Shown: one piece after another, positions 27,655 to 39,891 of the stretch
Layout of the letters: every line of letters starts with the position of its first letter
Numbering within the stretch: the first letter of the stretch is position 1
DNA from: Botryllus schlosseri
Taxonomy: Eukaryota
Direction: 5' to 3'
Length of the DNA stretch: 64,000 nucleotides
NCBI GenBank assembly: GCA_051294905.1
Contig: CM119372.1
Span: 15,812,001 to 15,876,000, forward strand
The notes under the pieces: model-generated
Database searches by the model: none
Seen by the model: the letters and a program-made list of their open reading frames with translations, nothing else
What the model was told of the DNA's origin: nothing
Translations under genes and position numbers: made by a program

Positions 27655-28050
27655 GAGACGCCTAGGAGTACAGAACATTAATCGATAGAAGCTTTTCGGC
27701 TGACCCTTGTCAGGGGATATCGTCAGCAGTAATGCAAGAATTCGAATAACTATGTTTAACTACAATATATATCGATAATTATGACGTCACACATAAATAT
27801 ACAGAGTTAGACATACGAGAGAACTGTAGCGTTGGCACGGAGATAGCGGAGCAAAACAAGTTAATGCGCGATTTTCAAATGATACACAAATTCTTTCTGT
27901 TGGCATAGACTAGGTTTACTCATAGTGATGATGGTGGACTCAAGAACGGAAAAAATAAATAAATTGCGACCCTTAGCCAATAAAGAGAGCATGTCCTCAT
28001 GATAATTAGCAGCACATGTATGATTTTCGAGTAAATGTTTGCCTATAGAA
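27655..28050 (-). mobile_element. Penelope-like element 3' end (second subfamily) with degenerate hammerhead
   Basis: SSIGKHLLENHTCAANY...LESTIITMSKPSLCQQKEFVYHLKI; ctgacaa-gg-gtcag-cc-gaaa-agct-tc on minus strand. Confidence 0.8.
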
Positions 28051-28283
28051 GACTTTTTACCCCTGGCCTGGTTATGTTCGAGAACAAGCGGATTGTTATG
28101 CTCTGATTTCGAAATATAAGATTTGACAGACGGTTGTTCTCGAGCATAACCAGGCCACGCATACCATTCCCATGGAATTAATTGTAGCAGTTTTAGATAA
28201 TTCGAGGTCGAATCCGATATATTCACCTTTTAAAATCTAAATGGACTGTTTCGAGCAAAGCGTTTTCTGTATTGTTGTTACAG

Positions 28284-29321
28284 GTATCAATATCTATAGC
28301 TGCGCCCTGATTGAAGCATGCTGGTTGCCGGGAAGGGGGTGTTTCTACCCAGTTGACATTTTGAACGTGAGAGTAAATTCGGGGGAAAGAACTATTTACG
28401 CCGTTCGGGACGAAATTGCATATGGACGACCAAGATGCCAAACCTTCGACAGCAGTTCTCCAATCGACACTCTCAAGAGTTATCACAAATGTTTAAGCGC
28501 GGGTTGTTCTGTAGACCAGTCTGTCACGCAATTATATTATTCGCATCTGTTCAGTATTGGTGAACAGCTACGAGTTCAGAATCATTGGGATTACTGGGAC
28601 GACGTGGCAAAGGGTCTTGTGGGGTCGTTCAACATCCCAGACGTGCTTGGAGAGTACGGATACTCAGGTGTCAACGATGCGAAACCAATCACCACTGCAC
28701 CGGCGTCAACTACCCTTCTCGACACGTATTGGTTTGTTCCTGGACCAGCTCCCGTGTCTTCGAGTGATAAATTTATTATCCCACCTTCGTCAGGTGGTAG
28801 TTTGGCGTGTGGTTTAGGAAATAAATTGGATGGCGGAAGGCCCTGCCCGCCGAAATTCCGTCCAATCGGCGAGAAGAGAGGCTGGTGTCCGTACAAACCG
28901 TTTTTTATACCACGCTTCAAAAACCTGGAGGGTAGCTTCGTTGGTTGTTGCGATATCAACCTTTGCTACTTACCCAAAAAGGAAATTTCCAACACGCACT
29001 CCGGTGTAGCCCATTACTACACCGAATGGACCTTGTTCTCGCCGTGCTCCGTTACATGTGGGCAAGGCGTGAAGCGACGGCACACAAAATGCGTGAGTGG
29101 AGACAGAAAGTTTTGCCTTGGTAACATCATCGACGAGCAACCCTGTACCGGTAAATTCATTGTGTGCGGCACATGGTCACAATGGAGCACCTGGATTCCT
29201 TGTCCTCGTACCTGTTACCCAGGTGGCTACCAAGCAAGAACACGCACGTGCTTGCCACGTTATTCAAAGTGCGATGGTAGCAACGAAGAGGCGAGATCGT
29301 GCAATAAACACTCCTGTGGTG
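28284..29321 (+). CDS. Exon E: large exon with trefoil-like Cys motifs and two thrombospondin type-1 repeats
   Basis: Lies within the 373-aa ORF 28241-29362; TSP1 motifs WTLFSPCSVTCGQGVKRRHTKC and WSQWSTWIPCPRTC...RTRTC; acceptor ttgttacag|, donor G|gtaaga (phase 1/1). Confidence 0.9.
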
Positions 29322-29749
29322 GTAAGAGAGGAAACGTGTTCGTTTTTGAAGGCGCAACGTGAACGTCGAACGGGCGCGCTATATATGCTACTGAATGTAT
29401 TAAGGTAGGTTCACTGGGAATTCAAATAGCCCTTCTACCCAGAGCTAGCTGTACGCTTGCACATGATTTTGAATCATGTTTTTTTGGCATCAAGACAGAA
29501 TTCATTGCGATGTTGAGGGACTATTTAAAGGGGCGCTGAGCTCTAAACATGCCGTGTTCTCAAAGTAAATATGCAAGTGTGAAATGTTTTTAGCAGCAGC
29601 AATTTTCTTCGGAACGCCACCGTATTCGGACTGCAATTATTCGAAGCATACAACATATTATAACCATGTTGCCGAGCCCTGAATTGAGTTAACCCGTGGC
29701 CATGGTTAACCATTGTCAAGTTATCTCGGCGTTTAACTAACTATTACAG

Positions 29750-29788
29750 CCAATTTGCAGAATCCAGATGCGTTCTTTCTTCGCCCCG
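29750..29788 (+). CDS. Possible next small exon (ANLQNPDAFFLRP)
   Basis: Branch-point-like ctaac, acceptor tattacag|, phase 1/1, donor gtaaat; no homology support. Confidence 0.3.
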
Positions 29789-29899
29789 GTAAATGCCTTC
29801 AACTATTTTAGTGTAATGAGGTTTTAATGATGCGGTATGGAACAGTGAATCAATAGTTGATTCAACCAGTGCCGTGTAGTCGGTAAATTTTTTTACCGT

Positions 29900-30989
29900 C
29901 TCAACTCCGACTTCGACTCCAGTCATTTTAAACAGACCGAGTCCGACTCCGACTCCGACTCTTACTCCGACTCCGACTCCGGCTCTGGCTCCGGCTCCGA
30001 TTCCAACAGTACTACAAATTTACCTCGAAAATTATATGCCACAGTGACGGTTGAATGACTTTCATGTAACCATTAAACATATGCAAACATATTCTTGACG
30101 ATGGCATGCGGCAACGGCTTACGCCGAAATGCCCATTTCTATAAATCATGCGTATTTCTTGGAGGAAGGGTACCCAATAATCAAGATATTTGGCAACGTT
30201 AAATCTCTCAAAGCGCGAGAAAACTTTTAAAAAGTTGCGTATATTTTCCAAAAAAATGCTCTGTAATTTACGTTAATTCATGAAATAATTTTAGGCCCCT
30301 TCGAGCTCGCCTTGCACCAATTAGGGGGTTTGGTGTTCGGCGTTTACGGTTCTGGCTCTAGTCAGTCAAGCTAGTGTATGAGTCGACAACTAATACAGAG
30401 ATGTACAAATTCTCTCACGACACTCTATATACTAATGGCAAGCAAACGTTCTCTTACTACTAATAAACGGTGATCAAAATGGAAATTTAGGTAGCAGTAA
30501 AATAGCATATAATATACTTGTACTCTTTATTAAACATTTGTTCGACCCAAGCGGCTGAGCTACTAACTAAAAACATTTTTGATTTTGTCAAGGGGGATGC
30601 ACCATTTGGCTATATTTTGCATCGACTATACAGGGGACGTTGTCTTTTACAAAACCAGACGTTGTATTTATTCTTTCATGATATCATGGTATAATTCCAA
30701 AAATTGCACCGATTTGAGACTGTGTCAGTAATTTTGAGTTGGTCGCAATTTGGTTGAAATTTTCTTCCTGCAATAAATGTATAATTTTATAAATTTCGTT
30801 ACTAATAACAATGATTGCTGATACATACAAATCCTATTTTATTTATTATTGCTAATTTTAAGAGATGATTGAAAGCAATTGTTTTCATGATAAAGAAGTT
30901 AGAAGCCGAGCATTTTCACAGACTCCGACTCCGACTACAGCCAATTACGGGAAAATGAGTGAAACTCCGGCTCCGACTCCACAGCCCTG
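29900..30989 (-). mobile_element. Partial hAT MITE, CTCCGA-repeat family
   Basis: (ctccga)n arrays; terminus ctccacagccctg; related CTCCGG arrays at 31500-31590 and 33340-33491. Confidence 0.6.
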
Positions 30990-32617
30990 GATTAAACACA
31001 GACTAACAAGGCGCACAGTCATCTGCAGCACCGAGTAGGATCACTCGTATTGAGTGTCGACCCGAGCTGAAAATTTATAGTAACGTCTTACAATCGAATG
31101 CTATTGTCGTATCTGATTTCGAAATTCCAAATAAAAACAATGTCAGAACACCGAAACACTTGTACATCTCCAAGGAATGTGAAATTTAGCTGTATTACGT
31201 ACAATGCCAGGGCAGTGAAACAATACGAAGTAAAATCGCATACTATTTCGCCGTACCGATCGTTGGACTACAATCCGACAACCGTGATGCAAAGTAACAA
31301 TGTGCTACATACTTGAGACGACTTCGTGAACCGACGTTGCATGCAATATGAATTATGAAGTTGCGGCGACCTGCGTGTGCTTCCACCACAATGTCTTACT
31401 GAACCTCAATGTCTTTATCAACTGTCTTACTGATCTTCCATTGCAATTCTCAAAGAGCAATGCACCCAGGACTTTGGAGCAGTCGAAAATTTCAAACTTC
31501 TCCAGCTCCGACTCCGGAACTTTCTTCTATGATGAATTATCTCCGGCTCCAATCTCCGGAGCTCATTGATACCACTGCTACTGCTCCGGCCACTATATGG
31601 TTCAGTTGGAGCCGTCGCAAGGATCCATAATTTTGTGGGGTATGCAAAGTCCTTTGACGTGATAATTGCTTCGTGTCGTCTGTCGACGACGTCATATCCG
31701 CACGAGAACGCAATTTACTCCATGCCATTGTATGTACATTGTACACATGATACAGCATTAAAACAGTGACGTGATGTTTTAATTGAACTACTGCGATCGG
31801 TAATATCAAGCCATACACTCCATTTAATCTTGAAATGGTGCGATTTGTTCAGATGTAACTGCAGAAATGAGCGCATGTCGCGACCTTATCAGCAGAAATC
31901 CACTTTTTACCAAGTATACCCAATGGCTTCAAATTCGATATTTGTGCGCTCGTTACCAGTCCGTCAGTCGTCGATCAAGTTTAATGGTGTATATAAGGTT
32001 CGCCTTCAAACGAATCGAATAAATTCAAAATCAGTGCCACTGATAATCTTGTGGTGCAATAATATTTGAGAACTTAATTCAACGTCGTGCACTTTACAAG
32101 TCAGTAACCAATTTTACTGCAAGCTCGCAAGTGATATCACGTGACAATTGGAGAATACGAGTGTATCAAGCAGACAAGAATGAATACACAAAATTGATGG
32201 TTAGAAATTGGAAAGCGCGCATCCAATCACTAATTACCCTCTTACATTCAACAAAAGGGCAGGCTTCGGTCACCGCATTGACTAGCTCGCATCATGGCAA
32301 TTGTAGGCCATACGGACTATAATAGCGATCTTGGGCTCTTTTGATGCATTTCCCTATCTACGTTCGCAAATCGATATTGGACTAAACGTTCGTGCGCTAG
32401 AATGAATTTCAATTCATATGCAAAAACGACAACACACTATCCAATTTGGCGCTACGATTAAAAAACTATTAACGAAGAACGTGCATTTGGTAGTCCAATC
32501 CAGAAAGGAGACAATGTTTCTCGGCGTTTGCCATGCGCGCCTCTAAATCAACATGTGCACCAAGGTCATGGTTATATCCTATGTCATCGCTTATATATTC
32601 GTCTCATTATGAATTGG

Positions 32618-33033
32618 TTGGGCGATTTTTTTACCCATAAAACGGAAGATTTAGAACTAAAAAATAAAATTTTGACATTTTTTGACCATAACAAACTTAA
32701 TTTTGACCAAATTGTGACCTAGCGCATGCAAATTAGGTATTTTCTCACTGAATGTTAGAATTGTACTAATTATCTTCATTTCTGGTTGGAACTGTCTGTA
32801 TTTACGAAGTAGTTTGGCTTGAAAAAACTTTTTTGACTCAAAAATTGACAAACGGTAGGTCTATGAAGTAGGCTAAAATCTGTAAAATGTCAAATGATAA
32901 GTTCACCGACAGTGCGAAATCTACGATACAAACGGAATGTAGGTTGCAAAAAAATATTGACTCTGTAAACAATTTTGACATTTTAGTCAAAGTCAAAATT
33001 TTGTCAAAATGACATGTCAAAAAAATCGCCCTA
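32618..33033. mobile_element. TAGGG-terminal MITE (longer homolog at about 58940-60560)
   Basis: TIR gggcgattttt; shared interior. Confidence 0.65.
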
Positions 33034-33616
33034 CTAATTAGGTATATTGCTCATCTCACATAAGCATCAATCCCGTTTTGTGACATGCATGGTTTTCATT
33101 ATCTTTTGAACCTCACAATTGGCCATCGGTGTTGTGCTGGTTACGAATTTGAGGGTATACCTATAATGCAGTTATACTTCGAAGTAAGCGCGGCAAATCC
33201 AGTCTACCCAGGTTTCGCTCCTATGTATAAACAGGGTTACTGATTAGTTAGAAAAGGTGGTGCCAACGAGGCAACAATTCTTAATTTTTTGAACGATTAT
33301 CCTAAAATTATGTGAATTCGGCCATCAGTAAATACATCGGAGCCGGAGCTACTGTTCATAGGACCGGCTCCAGCTCCGGCTCCGGCTATTTTTGAAATAT
33401 ATGTAGAGCTCCGGATCCAGCTCTGGCTCCGCTGTAAATGCACCGCTCCGGGGCTCCGGCTCCTTGCTCCGGCTCCCGCTCCAAAGCCCTGCATACAACG
33501 ATGCCAAGCAAATGTTTCGTCACACTTGACTCTTCGTTATGTGGTGGTCGCACGAAATGGAAGTTAGCTGCATAGGATTCGCTATATGATGTTATAACTT
33601 ATAACACCCTCAATAT

Positions 33617-35432
33617 GAGGGTTACCATATTTTGGAATCAAGAAAGGAAGACACTTTTCAAAATTTCAGACTTACAATACTGGAGTGAAATCCGGATAAA
33701 AGGTAAATTTTTCCCGACTTTGTGGTTAGTTGACTAAATAAAGGTCGTCACTTTAGATCAGCGGTTCTTAACCGGGGGTCCGCGAGACCTCTAAATTTTT
33801 AGTATGGTTGATATTCTAATTTTCTTTTTTTATATATATTTGGGAAAGCATGAGGCAGTTTTGCACAACAACTACTAAACCTCATGACTCATATCATTGT
33901 AATAATCGTCCGAAATGAACTATCGTAGTGTGGAAATTCATTTTCATTGCCAATTTTCCATTAACCTGTTGATACGAACATATTGCTGTTTGGAGACGTT
34001 TTGTTGGAGTTTGTGGAAAAAATAAAAATATGAAGATGGTAACGTCAATCAGGGTGACTTCGTAATGTCTGCGAAACCTTCTCGATTTGAAGTTGTCAGT
34101 CTCATCAAATTAGTGAACAGTCGTTTGAAATGAAAATTTCCGGATTATTTCCCTAATTTGTCCCGATGCAGGGATTGAAACCTCGCCACGAAATCCATTT
34201 TATCCTGTGATATACATAACCACTATTTGAACAGCTTCTTGGAGGTACAGAGCTTCAATATACAATTGAATAGTATATTCATATTGAAATGAACCCGAAT
34301 ATTTTTGGCTCACACCCGTCATAAATCGGACAATGATATACCTGCTTCTAAAGCTCGGCTATCAGATTTGGCGCATTCTTATTGCGGATGCCCTATCAAC
34401 AAGGCTGTTTTTTGATGAACAAGGAGTGTTTCGTTGCTATCAAAGTATTACGCTCCAACCCTGAAATTCATATCACCAGTTATATTGGTATGGAGCTTTG
34501 TCTTGTTAATGTTCAATTGTCCATGGTCGAAAATGTTTGCTCGTAAATATATATGTAAACCCGAACAGATCAAGTAGTTTCATGACAGTCTTTCTCAGGT
34601 TGACAAGCTTGGATCCATTCTTTGGCGCATAAAATTTGTCTATATACTTATAGATTAAGATTTTACCTTGACGGCAGAAACTCTCTGCGGGCCGGTCAAA
34701 ATCCCGTCGCGGTCCGAATCCGGCCCGTGGTCTGTTGGCCGTCCCTGCGCTAGATGCTGGAGTGATATGTTCATAAAATATATGTTTCTTCATTTTGGTG
34801 CCATAAATGTTGCGATCACACCAAAAGTATCGTCAGAAGCGTTATGCGTTAATATTGCATTAGCCCCCATCTATTTTTGCGGAAATGGTTTTCGGCACTT
34901 CTCGTTCATATCAAAACGAAGACCCGGATTTTCAAAACCCGACCACGTACTTCAAGAAATACAGCAGCAAAATTAGCTTTGAAATAATATAAGTCTACCA
35001 ATTTATACATAAATAGTATGATATTATTTGCATGAAAAATCAGTATTTTGCTATTTATCACAAGCCTTCAGTTCATATTTGCACAAGACAGATATAAAAG
35101 TTGCACCATAATAGAGCTAAATTTGAACTAAAACTTATGGGGGTCCGCGAGAGTCCTTGACGGCCAAAAGGGGTCCGCGAATCTAAAAAGGTTGAGAACC
35201 ACTGCTTTAGAACGAACCACAAATATCCCGCTCAAACCTCCGTCTTAGCTATTTAGCGTCATTTATTCCCATTTTCACTCGAATCTGCCCATTACCATAG
35301 CTGGAAAAGCTGTAAAGGGGGACGAATTGCCAAAAAGGAGGACATCTAGCCGTCCTCGGAGGACATTCTTAAAAACCTGAAAAAGGAGGACAAATCCTCC
35401 TAAAGGAGAACGTATGGTAAGTGGTAACCCTG
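33617..35432. mobile_element. hAT element (agggttacca termini) hosting 33759-35204
   Basis: TSD ctcaatat/ctcactat; aggagga subterminal repeats. Confidence 0.75.
33759..35204. mobile_element. Charlie/Buster-type MITE, containing a short PLE end (34233-34322)
   Basis: TIR cagcggttcttaacc/ggttgagaaccactg; TSD ctttagat/ctttagaa. Confidence 0.8.
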
Positions 35433-35543
35433 CTCACTATACAGTCAAGCCGGTAGCGCGAAATTTGATTCCTCGACACTTCGGCTTAGCTACAAGGGTC
35501 CGAAACCTTTTGCAAGCTACGTATTTTCAACTGTATTTCCTTG

Positions 35544-35815
35544 TGGCGAGATAGCGCAGTGGTATAATCCGCGGCTGCAACACCAATGGGTGCGGGTTCG
35601 AGTCCGACCGAGGTCGACTTCCGAATTCCCATACCTAAGTGTTGGAGGTTTACCTAGGCTCCTCCTCGTCACCCCATCCGTGTACGCGGTGTCTTACAAA
35701 AGCCTAGAGGTGGGCCGTGCTATAAGTCGGCAGTTACGGAAAATAAAAAGAATATCGGCCTGGTGTAAATGACCATAGTAGTCGACAAACACCATGAATA
35801 CCCAAAAAACAAACA
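35544..35815 (+). mobile_element. tRNA-derived SINE family 1, young full-length copy
   Basis: A and B boxes; perfect 15-bp TSD aactgtatttccttg. Confidence 0.92.
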
Positions 35816-35872
35816 AACTGTATTTCCTTGAGATGCATGCGGTGTTTTTCGAAACTTAAGGTAAATAACATA

Positions 35873-37124
35873 CAGAGGTGGTCAAAGTAGTCAATAAAGC
35901 TACTCAAGTAGAAGTAGCGATGCACAAATCTACTCAAGTACGAGTAGAAGTCCTTATTTTAAAAGCAATCTAAAACTACTTGAAGTAGAAGTAGAATTCA
36001 CTGACATTAAATCTACTCAAAAAAGTAAGTAGTTATGAAAACGGTCGTGATTCGTTCGCATGGACTCTCAAAAGCTGCAAATTGAGCTATGCGGAAGGTG
36101 TAGAGAGCTTGATTCATAATGATGCATCCCAGGAGGTATTAATTTTTGACAGAATAACCATCCGCCCGCATCATGTGATGCCAATGATCGTGTTGATATG
36201 GAAATGCGATACTTATCCTTTGCTTACTCGAACACCCTGTTTCAGAACATATCATGGCATGGCTCCCTCCCCCATATTATAAGGCCCGCGTAGTTTAGTC
36301 GAAGAGCAATACGGAGAGAAGTTGTATCGGATACGGTGTTAACACTTTGAGCGATTAGCATACGTTAATATAAAATATATCGTATCATAAAATGTCATAT
36401 AGTGTAGCTATATTTTCGGAAAATAGAGGCATTGGTACACATGCTTTTATACTTCATCATGTATGATCTCCAGAAAAAAGAACTGAAACTAATTAGAACT
36501 TAAAGTATGATGCTGGGAATTGATAATACTTCCAAAAAGCGGAAAATACATTTTGTCTTTTGTCCAGAAAGTTTCACTGGTGTTCTGCTATAAAACAAGT
36601 CTAATGCACAAAAAAGTCAGAGTTCACTTTCCCAGATTAGGACACACGCCGTGGGCTGCTAGATTACGATGTGATAAATAATTGCTAGATTGTGATACGG
36701 TAGTTTTAAACGTATGGGCCATATTAACTGTGATGGGTGACAATGTGGCGTGACCGGAACCACACAACTCGCTACCTAAAGTATATTCACCGATACTTTC
36801 GTGAAAACATATTTGTCACTCCATATATGTACCGTGCGCGAAGGGTGACGAAAATTCTGATCTTTACTTAACTGTTACGAAAATTAAATCTTGGTAGTCC
36901 GTGACAACAGCCCCAAAATTCGTAAGGCTATCTTCCTAGTAGGATTACACTACTTCTACTTGTCAAACTGAAAATAGCGAGAAGTAAGTAAGTAGATCAC
37001 AAAATTTTACGAAGTAGAAGTAGAAACAGCGGAAATCAGATTTACTTGAGTAGGTACCGGAAGTAGCGGAAAACTACTTGAGTACTTCGAAAAAGTAGAA
37101 GTACTTCGTTACTGACCACCTCTG
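35873..37124. mobile_element. hAT MITE, GAAGTA-repeat family
   Basis: Perfect 12-bp TIR cagaggtggtca; no TSD seen. Confidence 0.8.
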
Positions 37125-37270
37125 CCGCTTACACGAATAAGATGGCGAGGAGGAGCCTAGATAACCCTCCAAAACTTAAGTAAGAATTCTGGAGTGGACC
37201 GTGATCGGACTTGAACCCGCAACCCATTAGTGTTGCAGCTGTGGATTATACCACTACGCTATCCTGCCAC
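37125..37270 (-). mobile_element. SINE family 1, 5' half
   Basis: Reverse complement of the tRNA head and body. Confidence 0.8.
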
Positions 37271-37741
37271 GGTAATATCATTTCATGGAGGAAGAATTTA
37301 CTGATATAAATGGGCATATTGCCTTGACATGCAATGGCCCGCCACAGCCAAGGTGGAGATGCTCAGAAAACAGCTTCGGTTTCCCCAAAAGATCAAGCCT
37401 TACGATGAGATAGTTTTGGTCTTCTCCTCATCACGAAGGAAATTTATTCCTGGTAGGCTCATACACTTGTGCGAATCCAATATATTTCCACTCTCATACC
37501 GACAATCCTGAGGGGATGTCAAGAAATAACAGCATGCAACAAAGGGGACTAATACCAATAGGTCCAGTCAAAGATGCAGCACAGAAATAATGATGCGTAT
37601 CCATGTCTCATTCTATATGCTATCGAGAAAATAATGTCCACGACTCTGTAGTAAGCTCACAGGAGAATCATTAAGATTTGGCTAAAACTGTTTTAAAGTA
37701 GCTGCCGTAGAGTGGCCGAGCCTGCGATCATAGAACGGCGA

Positions 37742-38389
37742 AGAGCTTCTTGGAGGTACAGAACTTCAATATACAATTAAATAGTATATTCATATTGAAA
37801 TGAACCCGAATATTTTCGGCTGACACTCGTCAGGGGTAATCGTCAGCAACTAGTAGAGAATTGGAAAGAACATTGTATATCAACAATCGTATCACAAAAT
37901 ATGACGTCACCAGCATGAAATTTCGAATGAGAGAGCGTTCAATGTACTATTTTTAGGTGATACACGAACTCCTATTGTTGACAGAGTTTTGGTTGGTGTA
38001 TTTTGATAAAAGTTGATTCCAAGGCACACAAATGGAATTGTGAACGGCCTCGACTTACGATTCGAAATCGGTCGTATAATTATTCGCACAAATCGGATTA
38101 TCCAACAGATGTTTGCCGATGGCAGAATTAATGGCCTTTGATCGATCAGCATCAATCTTAAGTGGATGAGTTAAGGGTGAGCTTTTCACATCGCGTGACG
38201 CACGTGTTCTGATAAATCTGGGGACATGTTGGTTTATGCGGTCCTGCAGACGTCTTGACGTTCTTCCCACGTAGCCACAATCACAGTGGCACCTATATTC
38301 GTACACTACATTACTTTGTTGAAGTGCATGAAGCACGTCTTTGCGTGTTGAAGGGAGCAGTTGTGTTGTTGTAAAAATCACATTGGTTT
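37742..38389 (-). mobile_element. 5'-truncated Penelope-like element: GIY-YIG endonuclease plus 3' region with hammerhead
   Basis: SNVVYEYRCHCDCGYVGRTSRRLQDRINQH...SAIGKHLLDN; 11-bp TSD tagaacggcga. Confidence 0.9.
37804..37847 (-). ncRNA. Minimal type I hammerhead ribozyme motif
   Basis: ACCC-CUGACGA-G(UGUCAGC)C-GAA-AAUAUU-C-GGGU. Confidence 0.75.
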
Positions 38390-38626
38390 TAGAACGGCGA
38401 GAAGACTATAGTAATCACAAAATCACAGCTACTGATTGTTTAATCAGCCATGCTGAAATGATCACGACCGCAGCGGCTTGCTGATTATGTGCTTCCTCTA
38501 GTTCAAGATATTTAGCTGACGGCGATCATTCTGTAAGCGCATTGTTCGTTGGCGATTTTATGATAAAATCTAACACCTGGTCATTGAATGATTTAGTATC
38601 AAAAGTTGGTTACGATAGGTTTAGAG

Positions 38627-39709
38627 CAGTGGCTCTTGAAAAAGGCACCAGTGCCCCCTGGGGTCATTCGCGAGCGTGTTCTGCAGATTCTCACAGAACG
38701 CGTTGTTCATTGAGTGCTGTGATAACTACGAAGTATTTCAGCAGTTATTGCTAACCGCAAGGTGTGTTGGCATTTCAGGATAAACTGCCTTGCGTGATTT
38801 TTATCTCTGTTTCAAACGACCAATAGACTTATGGCAGTGCTGCGACCGTGACCTTCGACACGGCGTTCTGGTTGAAAGAAACAATATTGCTTTTACTTGA
38901 CGGGAATATTTTCCAAACTCGATCAGTAGAATATATCCGTTCTTAGTAATGATGAAACCTGATAAAGGTGAAAAAGACTCTGTCCGGATTCAGTGATAAG
39001 CTCGTGATATTTCACCGCAATTTTGTGAGACGTGAACTGTTCCAATTCTCAAGCTTGCATAACCAACCGGTCCAGCTCGAATACCCGATTTCGATTAAGA
39101 AACAGAAATCAATCATCGCAGAAAAGTACACGAGGATATGTTGATTTGATTCTAGGATATATCCCAATTACAAATTTATTGCCGGATAATCAATCCATTC
39201 TGTAAAGTTTCCAGGCATGAAATGATTAAGGAGCTGATTATATTGTGGAAGAACTTTGAGTTCAACCTAAAGTTGAACCCTAAGTCTCCAATCAATCGTT
39301 CAGGATGCACAATAAATCCAAATATAAATTATCTCAATGGAGTCGGGTTGAATTTTTCGTCGTTTCCCATCCCCGCTCATATTTGATAGAACGTGTTTTC
39401 AGTGCCGTGACCAAGTTTATACTTACAGCAGAAGCCAACTGGACAGTAGGCCTACTGGACGTGGAGACTGGAGATTTTCGAATGATATAGCCCTTATTGA
39501 AACTCAGAGCCAATATGACGAGGATGATGATAATAGTGCACCAGCATCAGCCGTCTCATTATTAGCTGTAGCAAATGCAGAATAACTTTCGTTTTTTGAT
39601 TTAGACGTGGTGAGGGGGGTCGGGGGGCGCTGGCATTATATTCGTTGTCCGGGGGGCGGCAGCGCGAAAAAATCGGGAAACATCGCGGGCCGTGTGTTTG
39701 AGACCTCTG
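38627..39709 (+). mobile_element. Composite Buster-type insertion with transposase C-terminal remnant (39305-39560)
   Basis: SYLIERVFSAV...GDFRM...HQHQPSH; TSD gtttagag/gtttaaag; two different termini. Confidence 0.7.
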
Positions 39710-39891
39710 GTTTAAAGCAACAATAGCCTATTGCAGGCATGGCGGAGGTGAAACAGCGAATGATTTTCAACTTATGCCTATCTGACATGCTTGCGATTAC
39801 GCCGAGTGCTCCCGCTTTTCTGTGTGCAGGTAAAGTATATTAGTCATCGCGAAACTGGTGCACCACACCATGTGAGATTGATGCTGGACAC

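Noticed and set aside
28241..29362. Single-exon 373-aa gene
   Set aside because: Splice signals at 28284 and 29321 and phase-matched upstream exons indicate an internal exon
31849..32023. Possible terminal exon DVTAEMSACRDL...
   Set aside because: Phase fits, but the acceptor is weak and there is no recognisable domain
33297..33494. GAGAGA-rich ORF; also DYDYD (24660) and LELEL (52468) ORFs
   Set aside because: Translations of MITE subterminal repeats
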